From NCBI GenBank assembly GCA_045615225.1, contig JAZLEK010000002.1, forward strand, positions 1 to 42,442: a DNA stretch of 42,442 nt. The letters run 5' to 3'. Positions 1 through 8,249 of this stretch are shown piece by piece; position 1 is the stretch's first letter; each line of letters begins with the position of its first letter. The translations under genes and the position numbers were made by a program. The notes under the pieces were generated by a model. That model did not search any database. It saw only the letters and a program-made list of their open reading frames with translations, and was not told the DNA's origin. Source of the DNA: Acutalibacteraceae bacterium. GTDB lineage: Bacteria > Bacillota > Clostridia > Oscillospirales > Acutalibacteraceae.

Positions 1-405
1 AATTGCGCCTTCAGCAGCAGCGAAAGACTCGTGTCCTGCAAGGAAGCAGAAGCACTCGGTCTCATCAGAGAGGAGCATCTTCCCGAGGTTACCGTGGCCA
101 AGACCAACCTTGCGGTTTTCAGCAACAGAACCGGGGATACAGAAAGCCTGGAGTCCGATACCGATAGCAGCAGCAGCGTCAGCAGCCTTTGTGCAACCCT
201 TCTTGATTGCGATAGCGCAACCAACGGTGTAAGCCCACTTTGCATTCTCAAATGCGATAGGCTGAGTTTCTTCAACGATTTTATAGGGGTTGATGCCCTT
301 TGCGTCACAGATTTCCTTACACTCGTCGATGGAGGAAATTCCGAACTCTTTAAGAGCGGCAAGGATTTTGGCCTCGCGTCTCTCATAACCTTCAAATTTA
401 GCCAT
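1..405 (-). CDS. GGGtGRT family protein, N-terminal 135 aa (3' end runs off the window)
   Basis: Not in the ORF track because it is open at the edge. The reverse strand from ATG (comp. 403..405) reads MAKFEGYERREAKILAALKEFGISSIDECKEICDAKGINPYKIVEETQPIAFENAKWAYTVGCAIAIKKGCTKAADAAAAIGIGLQAFCIPGSVAENRKVGLGHGNLGKMLLSDETECFCFLAGHESFAAAEGAI with no stop. An AGGAGGA RBS lies 7 nt upstream. I recognise the N-terminus as the GGGtGRT family, from memory and not from a search. The + strand ORF 31..492 is its antisense shadow. Confidence 0.72.
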   Translation of the reverse strand, partial: MAKFEGYERREAKILAALKEFGISSIDECKEICDAKGINPYKIVEETQPIAFENAKWAYTVGCAIAIKKGCTKAADAAAAIGIGLQAFCIPGSVAENRKVGLGHGNLGKMLLSDETECFCFLAGHESFAAAEGAI

Positions 406-419
406 GTGACGTATCCTCC

Positions 420-1112
420 TTATTCTTTTCTCGGGTCGATATACTTAGCTGCATCAGCAAAGCGGCCGTATGTACCCTTGGACTTTTCATAAGCTTCGTT
501 AGGCTCCATGCCCTTCTTGATGAAGTCGGTCATCTTGCCGAGAGAAACGAATTCGTATCCGATAACTTCGTCGTTTTCGTCAAGAGCCATTCTTGTGCAG
601 TAGCCTTCGGTCATTTCGAGGTAACGAACACCCTTTGCCTTGGTGCCGTACATAGTACCAACCATAGAACGTTCGCCCTTACCGAGGTCTTCCATACCTG
701 CGCCAATAACAAGTCCATCCTCAGAGAAAGCAGACTGGCTGCGGCCGTAAACGATCTGGAGGAAGAGTTCGCGCATAGCTGTATTGATAGCATCGCAAAC
801 GAGGTCGGTGTTAAGAGCTTCGAGTAAGGTTTTGCCGGGGAGGATTTCAGCAGCCATAGCTGCAGAGTGGGTCATACCCGAGCAACCGATAGTCTCAACG
901 AGAGCCTCTTCAATAATTCCGTTCTTAACGTTGAGTGAAAGCTTACAAGCGCCCTGCTGAGGAGCACACCAGCCAACACCGTGAGTGTAAGCGGAAATAT
1001 CGGTAATTTCTTTTGCCTGTACCCATCTGCCTTCTTCCGGAATGGGAGCGGGACCGTGTTTAGGACCCTTAGCAACGGTACACATGTTCTGAACTTCTAC
1101 TGAATAATTCAT
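420..1112 (-). CDS. NifU/IscU-like Fe-S cluster scaffold domain protein
   Basis: 230-aa ORF with an AAAGGAGAA RBS. The Cys-containing core (WCAPQQGACKLSL...ETIGCSGMTHSAAMAAEILPGKTLLEA) resembles NifU-like scaffold proteins. It sits directly upstream of the GGGtGRT gene, with a 14-nt gap. Confidence 0.68.
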   Translation of the reverse strand: MNYSVEVQNMCTVAKGPKHGPAPIPEEGRWVQAKEITDISAYTHGVGWCAPQQGACKLSLNVKNGIIEEALVETIGCSGMTHSAAMAAEILPGKTLLEALNTDLVCDAINTAMRELFLQIVYGRSQSAFSEDGLVIGAGMEDLGKGERSMVGTMYGTKAKGVRYLEMTEGYCTRMALDENDEVIGYEFVSLGKMTDFIKKGMEPNEAYEKSKGTYGRFADAAKYIDPRKE

Positions 1113-1300
1113 TATGTATATTTCTCCTTTCGGTAGTTAGTTAAGACATACTCTTAACCATACAAAAATATTATATCAAAAAGAAAATAAAATTACAAGA
1201 GAAAACCGACGGTTTTCGATAAATTTTTAACAATATTGCATATTGTTTCATTTTATGGTATATTTTCCGTATAAAATGCATATTATAGATGGTGATGATT

Positions 1301-1804
1301 ATGATATTTAAAACTATAGACCCAAGAAGTATTAAAGACAATTTAATAAAATGCCTTGCAGAAGAGTGGGCGCTGATAACCGCAGGAAGCGGCAATAACT
1401 ATAATATGATGACAGCGTCGTGGGGTTTTTTCGGTGAAATGTGGGGAAACGACAGCATTGCTATGGTTGTCCGTCCTCAGCGTTATACAATGGAGTTCAT
1501 CGATAATAACGATTATTTTACAGTTTCTTTTTACGGCGACAAAAAAGATATCCACAAAATTTGCGGAAGCAAGTCGGGCAGGGAAGTAAACAAAACAAAA
1601 GAAACGGGACTTACCCCTGTTTCGAATGATAAATATGTTTATTTCAAAGAAGCGCGAATGGTGATTATAGTCAAAAAACAGTTTGTACAACCAATGAGCG
1701 AAGACGCCTTCTCCGATAAGGCGGTAATTGACAAATGGTACCCCGAAAAAGATTATCATAATATGATAATCGGCAAAATCGAAAAGGTATTAATAGCAGA
1801 ATAA
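1301..1804 (+). CDS. Flavin reductase-like (FMN-binding split-barrel) domain protein
   Basis: MIFKTIDPRSIKDNLIKCLAEEWALITAGSGNNYNMMTASWGFFGEMWG is typical of the flavin reductase-like domain. The ATG at 1301 has GGTGA 5 nt upstream. The track start at 1289 is also possible. Confidence 0.7.
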   Translation: MIFKTIDPRSIKDNLIKCLAEEWALITAGSGNNYNMMTASWGFFGEMWGNDSIAMVVRPQRYTMEFIDNNDYFTVSFYGDKKDIHKICGSKSGREVNKTKETGLTPVSNDKYVYFKEARMVIIVKKQFVQPMSEDAFSDKAVIDKWYPEKDYHNMIIGKIEKVLIAE

Positions 1805-1807
1805 AAA

Positions 1808-1833
1808 AGAGCAGGTTTAAAACCTGCTCTTTT
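1808..1833. terminator. Bidirectional intrinsic terminator between convergent genes
   Basis: AGAGCAGGTT / AACCTGCTCT is a 10-bp perfect stem, flanked by an A-run upstream and a T-run downstream. Confidence 0.75.
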
Positions 1834-1843
1834 AGTTTTAAAA

Positions 1844-2527
1844 TTATCTGTTATTAATAAGTTTGGTGAGCTCAACGGGGTCAACAATCTTACCATCCTT
1901 ATAAACACGCATATTGCCGGAAGCAATTTCGTCGATAAGGATAACTTCGTCGTTGTTGAAACCAAACTCAAACTTGATATCCCAAAGGTCAAGACCGATT
2001 GACTTAAGGTCGTCGGCAACAATTTTAGTAATAGCAAGGGTCTGAGCCTTCATAGATTCGAACATAGCGGGAGACATAACACCAAGAGCGGCAAGGCCTT
2101 CGCCTGTAACAAGGGGATCGCCTAAAGCGTCGTTCTTGAAGGTGCATTCAACATAACCGCCTTCAAGAGGAGTGCCGTCTTTGATATATTCGCCGTATCT
2201 GCGGATAAAGCTGCCTGTTGCAACAAGTCTGCAGATAACTTCAAGACCGTGGCCAAATGTAGTTGCGGGAAGAACTTCCATAGTTGCATCATCAACATTA
2301 GCAGAAACATAGTGGGTTTTGATTCCTGCTTTTTTAAGAAGCTCAAAATAATGAATGGAAGAGATAAGGTTAGCCTTACCGATACCTTCAATTGTGAGGC
2401 CTACAGAGTTTTCACCCGGATCAAAAACGCCGTCTTTACCGGTGCAATCGTCCTTGAATTTGAGCATTACGTTTCCGTTATCAAGAGAATAAACGTCCTT
2501 AGTTTTGCCTTGGTATATAAGTTTCAT
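1844..2527 (-). CDS. purC: Phosphoribosylaminoimidazole-succinocarboxamide (SAICAR) synthase
   Basis: 227 aa. [41 protein letters not shown] is the characteristic PurC N-terminus. AAAGGAG RBS. Confidence 0.92.
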   Translation of the reverse strand: MKLIYQGKTKDVYSLDNGNVMLKFKDDCTGKDGVFDPGENSVGLTIEGIGKANLISSIHYFELLKKAGIKTHYVSANVDDATMEVLPATTFGHGLEVICRLVATGSFIRRYGEYIKDGTPLEGGYVECTFKNDALGDPLVTGEGLAALGVMSPAMFESMKAQTLAITKIVADDLKSIGLDLWDIKFEFGFNNDEVILIDEIASGNMRVYKDGKIVDPVELTKLINNR

Positions 2528-2646
2528 ATTTTTCGCTCCTTTAAAGCTTTTAAATTACGTGAAATATTATATCACAATGTTTTAAAAAAATATAGTTTTT
2601 TTTATAAATTTATTTTATAAAATTTTTGTCATAAAAGGCAGAAATT

Positions 2647-3249
2647 TTATACATAGTCAATAACTTCAACCACACCGCTTGAATGATAGAGAGAAGGGGT
2701 GACCAGAATGGAATAGCCGCTGCCCGAAGGACAGGTCCATTCAACCATACTTTTACGCGGAACGGCACAGGAAGCAAGTAACATCATAATTGCGCCGCCG
2801 TGCATAACAACCGCGGCGTGCTCGGCGCCCTTAGCCATCATATCACGAACAATTTCGTTAAGCCCAACACAAAGTCTTTTTGCAAAGTCGGTATTGTCTT
2901 CTCCGTTTGGAGCCGCGGTAATTCTGCCTGCCGCCCAATCGGCATAAGAGGGAAGAAGTTCAAGCTCGTTGGCGGTTTTGCCTTCAAAATCGCCAAAATC
3001 AATCTCTCTCATATTGTCAACAGTCTGAATATCGTGATTAGGGTAAAGAATAGCTGCAGACTGTTTGCACCTAAGCATTGGGCTTGAATAGACAGCATCG
3101 ACCCTTGGGTAATCGGTTTCTTCCTTTAAGCGTCTGAGTTCGGCAACACCTGCCGCGGCCAAAGGTAAATCGGTAGAACCAATATATTGTTGTTTAAGGT
3201 TACCTTCTGTAAGCCCATGTCGAATAAGATGAATTTTAAATGTTTTCAT
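2647..3249 (-). CDS. Histidine phosphatase (phosphoglycerate mutase-like) family protein
   Basis: 200 aa with an RHG motif (LIRHGLTEGN) and a distal His (VVMHGGAI). AGGAG RBS. Overlaps the hemW stop by 14 nt. Confidence 0.8.
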   Translation of the reverse strand: MKTFKIHLIRHGLTEGNLKQQYIGSTDLPLAAAGVAELRRLKEETDYPRVDAVYSSPMLRCKQSAAILYPNHDIQTVDNMREIDFGDFEGKTANELELLPSYADWAAGRITAAPNGEDNTDFAKRLCVGLNEIVRDMMAKGAEHAAVVMHGGAIMMLLASCAVPRKSMVEWTCPSGSGYSILVTPSLYHSSGVVEVIDYV

Positions 3250-4357
3250 ATAAATCTCCTAAAAGATTGAAAATTATTGTGTTCGAAACAAGCATTCCCT
3301 TATCGGTAAGGGATATGCGGTTATCATCTGCAATACAAAAACCGTGCTTTGAAAGATTTTCAGCTTTTTTTAGAATAAGTTTATCTATCGGCTTTTTGAA
3401 TTTTTCTTCAAATTCTTTAAAAATGAGTCCGCGCGAAAGCCTTAAGGATAGCATAATAAATTCTGCCTCATCTCCGCCCTTGCCGTCAGAAAAGGTTTGG
3501 GGAGAGTCTATAAAGGCGTTAATATCGCGGTCATAATAAAACCTTTCGCCCTCAAAAAACGAATGGGCCGCAGGGCCTATACCAATATATTCTTCCTGAA
3601 GCCAATAACGGTTGTTGTGTCGGCTCTCACAACCTTTTTTAGCAAAGTTGGAAATTTCATAGTGCTCAAAGTCTGCCGCTTCAAGCATCTCGCAAAGCAT
3701 AAGATATTGGTCGGATGTTTCTTCATCGTTTGGTACACTTATTTTCATCAAATCAAAAGGAGTGCCCTTTTCAACCTTTAAAATATAAGCCGAAATATGT
3801 TCGGTATTAAGGCTTAGGATACCGTCGATACTTTTTTGTAAGGATTCTTTGGTACTGTTTGGAAGCCCTATCATAATATCTGCAGAAATATTATTAATAC
3901 CCACTTTTCGCGCTATATCAACAGCATTTTTTGCATCTTGAGCATTGTGTCTTCTGCCAAGCACACAAAGTTCATTTTCAAGGCATGATTGCACACCTAT
4001 AGAGACTCGGTTTACACCAAGCTTTGCAGCACAAGTTAAGAATTCAAAAAGATTATCTCCCGGGTTAACCTCAACGGTAATTTCGGCAGTATCAAGCAGA
4101 TTGAAACTGTTTTTAACGGCGCTGAAAATTGCTGTAAGCTCACTTTCGCTTAAAAGGGAAGGGGTGCCGCCACCAATGTACAGAGTGTCAATGGGGCGAG
4201 CTGTACGCTCACCCCATTTTTGAATTTCTTTACATAGACTTTCTATATACCTTTGCTTAATATCGCTTTGCGGAACAACAGAATAAAAGTCACAATAATT
4301 GCATTTTTTAACGCAAAAAGGTATATGTATATAAAGCCCTAAAGTATTATTAATCAA
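3236..4357 (-). CDS. hemW: Radical SAM heme chaperone HemW (coproporphyrinogen III oxidase-like)
   Basis: CxxxCxxC radical SAM motif (FCVKKCNYCDFYS) with the HemN-like C-terminal region. The track ORF extends to 4447, but that extension overlaps pduL. I place the start at TTG (comp. 4355..4357), which overlaps the pduL stop and gives 373 aa, typical for HemW. Confidence 0.82.
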   Translation of the reverse strand: MINNTLGLYIHIPFCVKKCNYCDFYSVVPQSDIKQRYIESLCKEIQKWGERTARPIDTLYIGGGTPSLLSESELTAIFSAVKNSFNLLDTAEITVEVNPGDNLFEFLTCAAKLGVNRVSIGVQSCLENELCVLGRRHNAQDAKNAVDIARKVGINNISADIMIGLPNSTKESLQKSIDGILSLNTEHISAYILKVEKGTPFDLMKISVPNDEETSDQYLMLCEMLEAADFEHYEISNFAKKGCESRHNNRYWLQEEYIGIGPAAHSFFEGERFYYDRDINAFIDSPQTFSDGKGGDEAEFIMLSLRLSRGLIFKEFEEKFKKPIDKLILKKAENLSKHGFCIADDNRISLTDKGMLVSNTIIFNLLGDLYENI

Positions 4358-4925
4358 GGATTTCTCCAATGCAGCTTCCGGGAATAGCGGCAGCGTTAGC
4401 TTCGTCTGTATCAAGGTGCATTGCAAGAGCATAGCTGTCGGAAACACGAGCTACTACATCGCCGAAAATAAGAGCGCGGCCTTCGGTAGGGATTTTAACC
4501 GATACAATCTGAGAATCGGTAATACCGTACTTCTCTGCATCAGCGGTTGTCATATGAATATGACGCTTAGCGGCAATAACACCCTCAAGTAGTTCAACTT
4601 CGCCTGCGGGACCGATAAGTTTACAAGCGCCGCTTCCTGCGATATCACCTGACTCGCGAATGGGAGCCTTAACACCGATAGCGCGTGCATCGGTAAGAGA
4701 AAGTTCAATTTGAGTAGCCTTGCGACAAGGACCAAGGATAGAAACTCCTGCAAGCTCTTTCTTGGGGCCTACAACGGTAACACGCTCTTCACAAGCGTAC
4801 TGACCGGGCTGAGAAAGGTCCTTTTTAGGGGTGAGCTTGTAACCCTTACCGAAAAGGATTTCAAGGTGTTCTTCACTAACGTGCACGTGACGTGCGGAAA
4901 TTTCAACTAATACTTCTTTTTTCAT
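4350..4925 (-). CDS. pduL: Phosphate propanoyl/acetyltransferase, PduL type
   Basis: 191 aa. Duplicated RHxH motifs (SARHVHVS and AKRHIHMT) are characteristic of PduL. AAGGAGA RBS. Confidence 0.85.
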   Translation of the reverse strand: MKKEVLVEISARHVHVSEEHLEILFGKGYKLTPKKDLSQPGQYACEERVTVVGPKKELAGVSILGPCRKATQIELSLTDARAIGVKAPIRESGDIAGSGACKLIGPAGEVELLEGVIAAKRHIHMTTADAEKYGITDSQIVSVKIPTEGRALIFGDVVARVSDSYALAMHLDTDEANAAAIPGSCIGEILD

Positions 4926-4994
4926 ATCTTTATCTCCTTAAAAGAATTCGTATATTCTAATTGTACACAACAATTACAAATATTTCAAGAGTTT

Positions 4995-5029
4995 TGAAAA
5001 AAATAAACGGACGGTTTAACCGTCCGTTT
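4995..5029 (-). terminator. Intrinsic terminator after the ferredoxin gene
   Basis: AAACGGACGG (5005..5014) pairs with CCGTCCGTTT (5020..5029). On the minus strand it is followed by TTTATTTTTTT. Confidence 0.75.
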
Positions 5030-5038
5030 AAAGTTTAA

Positions 5039-5209
5039 TTAAGCTTCAGAGATAGCCTCAACAGGACAACCTGCTGCACAAGCGCCGCAATCGATGCACT
5101 TGTCGGGGTCGATTACGAACTTGCCATCGCCTTCGGAGATAGCTTCAACGGGACAACCTGCTGCGCAAGCGCCACAGCTGATGCAATCGTCGGAAATTTT
5201 GTATGCCAT
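5039..5209 (-). CDS. Clostridial-type 2x[4Fe-4S] ferredoxin (56 aa)
   Basis: Below the ORF-track size cut-off. The reverse strand reads MAYKISDDCISCGACAAGCPVEAISEGDGKFVIDPDKCIDCGACAAGCPVEAISEA*, with two CxxCxxCxxxCP motifs. Strong AAGGAGGTG RBS, own terminator and a TGTTAAAAT extended -10. Confidence 0.92.
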   Translation of the reverse strand: MAYKISDDCISCGACAAGCPVEAISEGDGKFVIDPDKCIDCGACAAGCPVEAISEA

Positions 5210-5255
5210 TTAAATACACCTCCTTGTGTCTAAATTCATTTTAACATATTTTCAT

Positions 5256-5277
5256 TAAAAAGCAAGTGAAAACTTGC
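5256..5277 (-). terminator. Putative terminator after ricT/yaaT
   Basis: GCAAGT (5262..5267) pairs with ACTTGC (5272..5277), followed by a T-run on the minus strand. The stem is short. Confidence 0.45.
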
Positions 5278-5293
5278 AAAAAATGTCGGAAAG

Positions 5294-6163
5294 TTATTCC
5301 GTGTCCTCTTCTTTAATTTGTACGGGTTTTTTATTCTTCCCGCGGGAAAGAAGAGTAACGTCACTTCTGTGTATTTTAATAGGAGCGGCGTTTTCACCGA
5401 TTCTCACATATAAATTACCTGTTAAGGGATTTTCGTCAACAACAATTCCGTCTCCGCTTTTGGTCTTAACGAGCGAGCCTATCGGAGGGGTAATAGAATT
5501 TAAATATTCATAAGCATCCTGCTCATATTTAAGACAACACATAAGTCTTCCGCAGCTTCCCGAAATTTTGGTGGGGTTAAGGGAAAGACCTTGTTCTTTT
5601 GCCATCTTAATTGAAACAGGCTGAAAATCGTCAAGGAAACGGGCGCAACAAAAAGGTTGACCGCAAATCCCAAGTCCGCCGAGCATCTTTGCTTCGTCGC
5701 GCACACCAATTTGTCTAAGTTCAATTCGTGTGTGAAGGGCGGCCGCAAGGTCTTTTACGAGTTCGCGAAAATCTACTCGGCCGTCACTTGTGAAATAAAA
5801 TAAAATTTTTGTTCCGTCAAAGGCGTATTCGGCATCGACAAGCTTCATATCAAGACCGCGCTCAATTACCTTTTTTTCGCAAAGCTTAAAGGCTTCGGCG
5901 GCCTTCTTGCGGTTTTCCTCAACCTTCTTTTTATCAATGGCATCGGCAAGGCGTAAAACCTTTTTAAGCGGCTTTACAATTTTGTCGTCGTCAACAGATT
6001 TTACTTCTTCTGAAACGGTAGCGCACTCAATACCCTTTGATGTTTCAACAACAACAAGGTCGCCGACCTTTGCATTAACGCCTGCGGGGTCAAAGAAATA
6101 AGCGCGTCCGTCTACTTTAAATTTAACAGAGATTACCTCGGTCATAAATTCCTCTTTCTTCAT
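5294..6163 (-). CDS. ricT: PSP1-domain stage 0 sporulation / RNase Y-regulator protein RicT (YaaT)
   Basis: 289 aa with a Cys-rich PSP1 core (GICGQPFCCARFL...GSCGRLMCCLKYE). It abuts holB, the same order as in Bacillus (holB-yaaT). Confidence 0.85.
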   Translation of the reverse strand: MKKEEFMTEVISVKFKVDGRAYFFDPAGVNAKVGDLVVVETSKGIECATVSEEVKSVDDDKIVKPLKKVLRLADAIDKKKVEENRKKAAEAFKLCEKKVIERGLDMKLVDAEYAFDGTKILFYFTSDGRVDFRELVKDLAAALHTRIELRQIGVRDEAKMLGGLGICGQPFCCARFLDDFQPVSIKMAKEQGLSLNPTKISGSCGRLMCCLKYEQDAYEYLNSITPPIGSLVKTKSGDGIVVDENPLTGNLYVRIGENAAPIKIHRSDVTLLSRGKNKKPVQIKEEDTE

Positions 6164-7096
6164 TTATTTGTCCTTTACAGCCGAAAGCTTTGAAGCAAGG
6201 GCGGTAAAAAACAAACTCAGATTTATATTTGTGTGGAGTGTGGGGATAAGTTCACTTAAAGAATCATACATTTTTGCATATTCTCTTGCAGTTTCAGTTA
6301 AATGCTGTGATTTTTTTATTTTTGCTATAAGAAGTTCGCTTAGCTCTTCGGCAAACTTAATAGCTTCGGGTCGGTCCTTTTCAATGGGAACGGTGTGAAG
6401 CATTGCCGAAAGGGCAGAGCCTCGCTGGATAGCATCTAAAAAGTCGTGGGCAATTGCGCGCCCCACGCTGTCCGATTTTGCGCCGAGCCTTAAAAGCGCC
6501 TTACCAATGTTGTTTTTTTCTTCCTTTAGTAAGGCTTCGGCCTCTTCTTTGTCAACATTGTGCTTTGTTACAAGATAATCGGTAGCCTCATCGAGCGTGG
6601 GTGAAAAAAGCGAAAACACAACACAACGCGAAACAACCGTTTCCAAAAGCGCTTCGGTAGACGGGGTTACAAGAATAAACAAAACATCGCTCGGCGGTTC
6701 TTCAAGCACCTTTAAAAGCGAATTTTGCGCTTGGGGGTTCATAGTGTTTGCCTGCTCAATTATAAAAACTCTGCGTTTTGCAGTATGCGCCGAATGGTAT
6801 GCGGTTGTGCGCAAAGCGCGTATTTGGTCAACCGCAATATTTTTCTTTTTTTCTTCGGGCGCTACAGTTTCAATATCGGGGTGGGTGCCGATGTCGGCTA
6901 AGTGACAGTTTCGGCAAGCCGAGCAAGGTCTGTTTTCTTCATCGCAAACCGAAACCTTGGCGAGATACCTGGCAAGCGTTCTTTTGCCTGTGCCAATATC
7001 ACCCTCAATTATAACGGCGTGGGGTAGTCGGTCGGTGGCTATAAACGACTCGACGGCCTCTTTTACACGTCTATTTGCAACAAGGGGGAAACTCAT
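6164..7096 (-). CDS. holB: DNA polymerase III subunit delta prime
   Basis: 310 aa with an AAA+ clamp-loader fold: P-loop-like GDIGTGKRTLA, Zn module CDEENRPCSACRNCH and SRC motif (VSRCVVF). ATGA overlap with the trpS stop. Confidence 0.85.
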   Translation of the reverse strand: MSFPLVANRRVKEAVESFIATDRLPHAVIIEGDIGTGKRTLARYLAKVSVCDEENRPCSACRNCHLADIGTHPDIETVAPEEKKKNIAVDQIRALRTTAYHSAHTAKRRVFIIEQANTMNPQAQNSLLKVLEEPPSDVLFILVTPSTEALLETVVSRCVVFSLFSPTLDEATDYLVTKHNVDKEEAEALLKEEKNNIGKALLRLGAKSDSVGRAIAHDFLDAIQRGSALSAMLHTVPIEKDRPEAIKFAEELSELLIAKIKKSQHLTETAREYAKMYDSLSELIPTLHTNINLSLFFTALASKLSAVKDK

Positions 7097-8091
7097 AGCA
7101 CAAAACCAACTTTTTTCATAGCCTTTGATAGTGTGCGACGTGCAACATATTCAGCCTTCTCGGCGCCCTCGCGATAAAGAGCCTCTAAGGCGGATTTATC
7201 TTTGATTATTGCTTCATAACGCTCTCTGATAGGACGAAGCTCTTCAACAACGGCTTCACCAACAGCCATTTTAAAGTCGCCATAGCCCTTGCCTTCAAAT
7301 TCGGCAGTTATAGCGTCAGCGGTTTTACCTGTAACGGCGGAATAAATACCGATAAGGTTGTTAATGCCAAGCTTTTCCTCGCCAATGCATACTTTTGCCT
7401 CACTATCGGTAACTGCGCGCTTGAACTTACGCATAATTGCATCGGGGTCGTCAAGGATAGCAACCCAAGAATTAAGGTTTTCGTCAGATTTAGACATTTT
7501 CTTTGTGGGGTCCTGAAGCGACATAACGCGCGCGCCCACCTTTGCAATATAAGGCTCGGGTACCGTGAAAACATCGCCGTAAATTCCGTTGAAACGCTCG
7601 GCTATATCGCGGGCAATTTCCAAATGCTGTTTCTGGTCGGCGCCAACGGGAACAAAGTCGGGCTTATAAAGTAAAATATCAGCCGCCATTAAAACAGGGT
7701 AGGAGAAAAGTCCAACGTTAACGTTGTCGGCATGCTTTGCCGATTTGTCTTTAAACTGTGTCATTCTCGACATTTCACCGAACTGTGTGTAACAGGAAAG
7801 AAGCCAAGCAAGCTGACTGTGTGCGGCAACGTGCGACTGAATGAATAGGGTGGATTTTTCAGTATCAAGACCAAGCGCGAGCATTAAAGCGTAGGTTGAA
7901 TATATTTGTTGTCTTAGCTTTGCGGGCTCCTGACGTACCGTTATAGCGTGAAGGTCGGCAACCGCAAAGGTGCAGTCGAACTCTTCTTGCATATTAAGCC
8001 AATTTTTAAGGGCGCCTAAGTAATTGCCTAAAGTGAGCATACCGCTGGGCTGAATACAACTTAAAACTTTCTTTTTTTGGATTTCTTCCAT
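7093..8091 (-). CDS. trpS: Tryptophan--tRNA ligase
   Basis: 332 aa with class I signatures (PSGMLTLGNYLGA; KMSKS in KKMSKSD). Confidence 0.95.
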   Translation of the reverse strand: MEEIQKKKVLSCIQPSGMLTLGNYLGALKNWLNMQEEFDCTFAVADLHAITVRQEPAKLRQQIYSTYALMLALGLDTEKSTLFIQSHVAAHSQLAWLLSCYTQFGEMSRMTQFKDKSAKHADNVNVGLFSYPVLMAADILLYKPDFVPVGADQKQHLEIARDIAERFNGIYGDVFTVPEPYIAKVGARVMSLQDPTKKMSKSDENLNSWVAILDDPDAIMRKFKRAVTDSEAKVCIGEEKLGINNLIGIYSAVTGKTADAITAEFEGKGYGDFKMAVGEAVVEELRPIRERYEAIIKDKSALEALYREGAEKAEYVARRTLSKAMKKVGFVL

Positions 8092-8126
8092 ATCTAAAAC
8101 CTCAAGACTAAATTTATACAGTTTAT

Positions 8127-8155
8127 ATTATACTACAATAATCGAGCTTCGGCAA
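8127..8155 (-). promoter_or_regulatory. Putative sigma-A promoter of trpS
   Basis: Minus strand reads TTGCCG-17 nt-TATAAT, about 35 nt upstream of the start. Confidence 0.5.
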
Positions 8156-8190
8156 GAGTTAAATAATATAATTCTTTTTAGCATTTTATG

Positions 8191-8219
8191 TTGTAAACCG
8201 GAAGAAAATTTGTTATAAT
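8191..8219 (+). promoter_or_regulatory. Putative sigma-A promoter of thyX
   Basis: TTGTAA-17 nt-TATAAT ending 30 nt before the thyX ATG. Confidence 0.5.
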
Positions 8220-8249
8220 AAAACAAACTATATTCTAAGGAGAGTTAAA

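Noticed and set aside
31-492. 153-aa + strand ORF at the left edge
   Set aside because: It is antisense to the much better supported GGGtGRT coding frame, which has an RBS, a family-like sequence and no stops. Its translation is low-complexity (Ser/Asp/Leu-rich) and it has no RBS.
1201-1217. Hairpin GAAAACC-GAC-GGTTTTC as a terminator or attenuator in the divergent region
   Set aside because: No gene ends on either side of it, and the NifU-like gene's likely TGATATAAT promoter lies downstream of it on the minus strand. It is probably incidental or part of the promoter architecture.
4358-4447. Longer hemW start at 4447
   Set aside because: It overlaps pduL by 98 nt, has no RBS, and the extension has no similarity to HemW N-termini. 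The TTG at 4357 fits the expected length.
8092-8249. Possible T-box leader upstream of trpS
   Set aside because: The whole divergent spacer is only 158 nt and holds two promoters. The trpS leader is about 35 nt, and I found no specifier-loop or terminator/antiterminator structure or T-box sequence.
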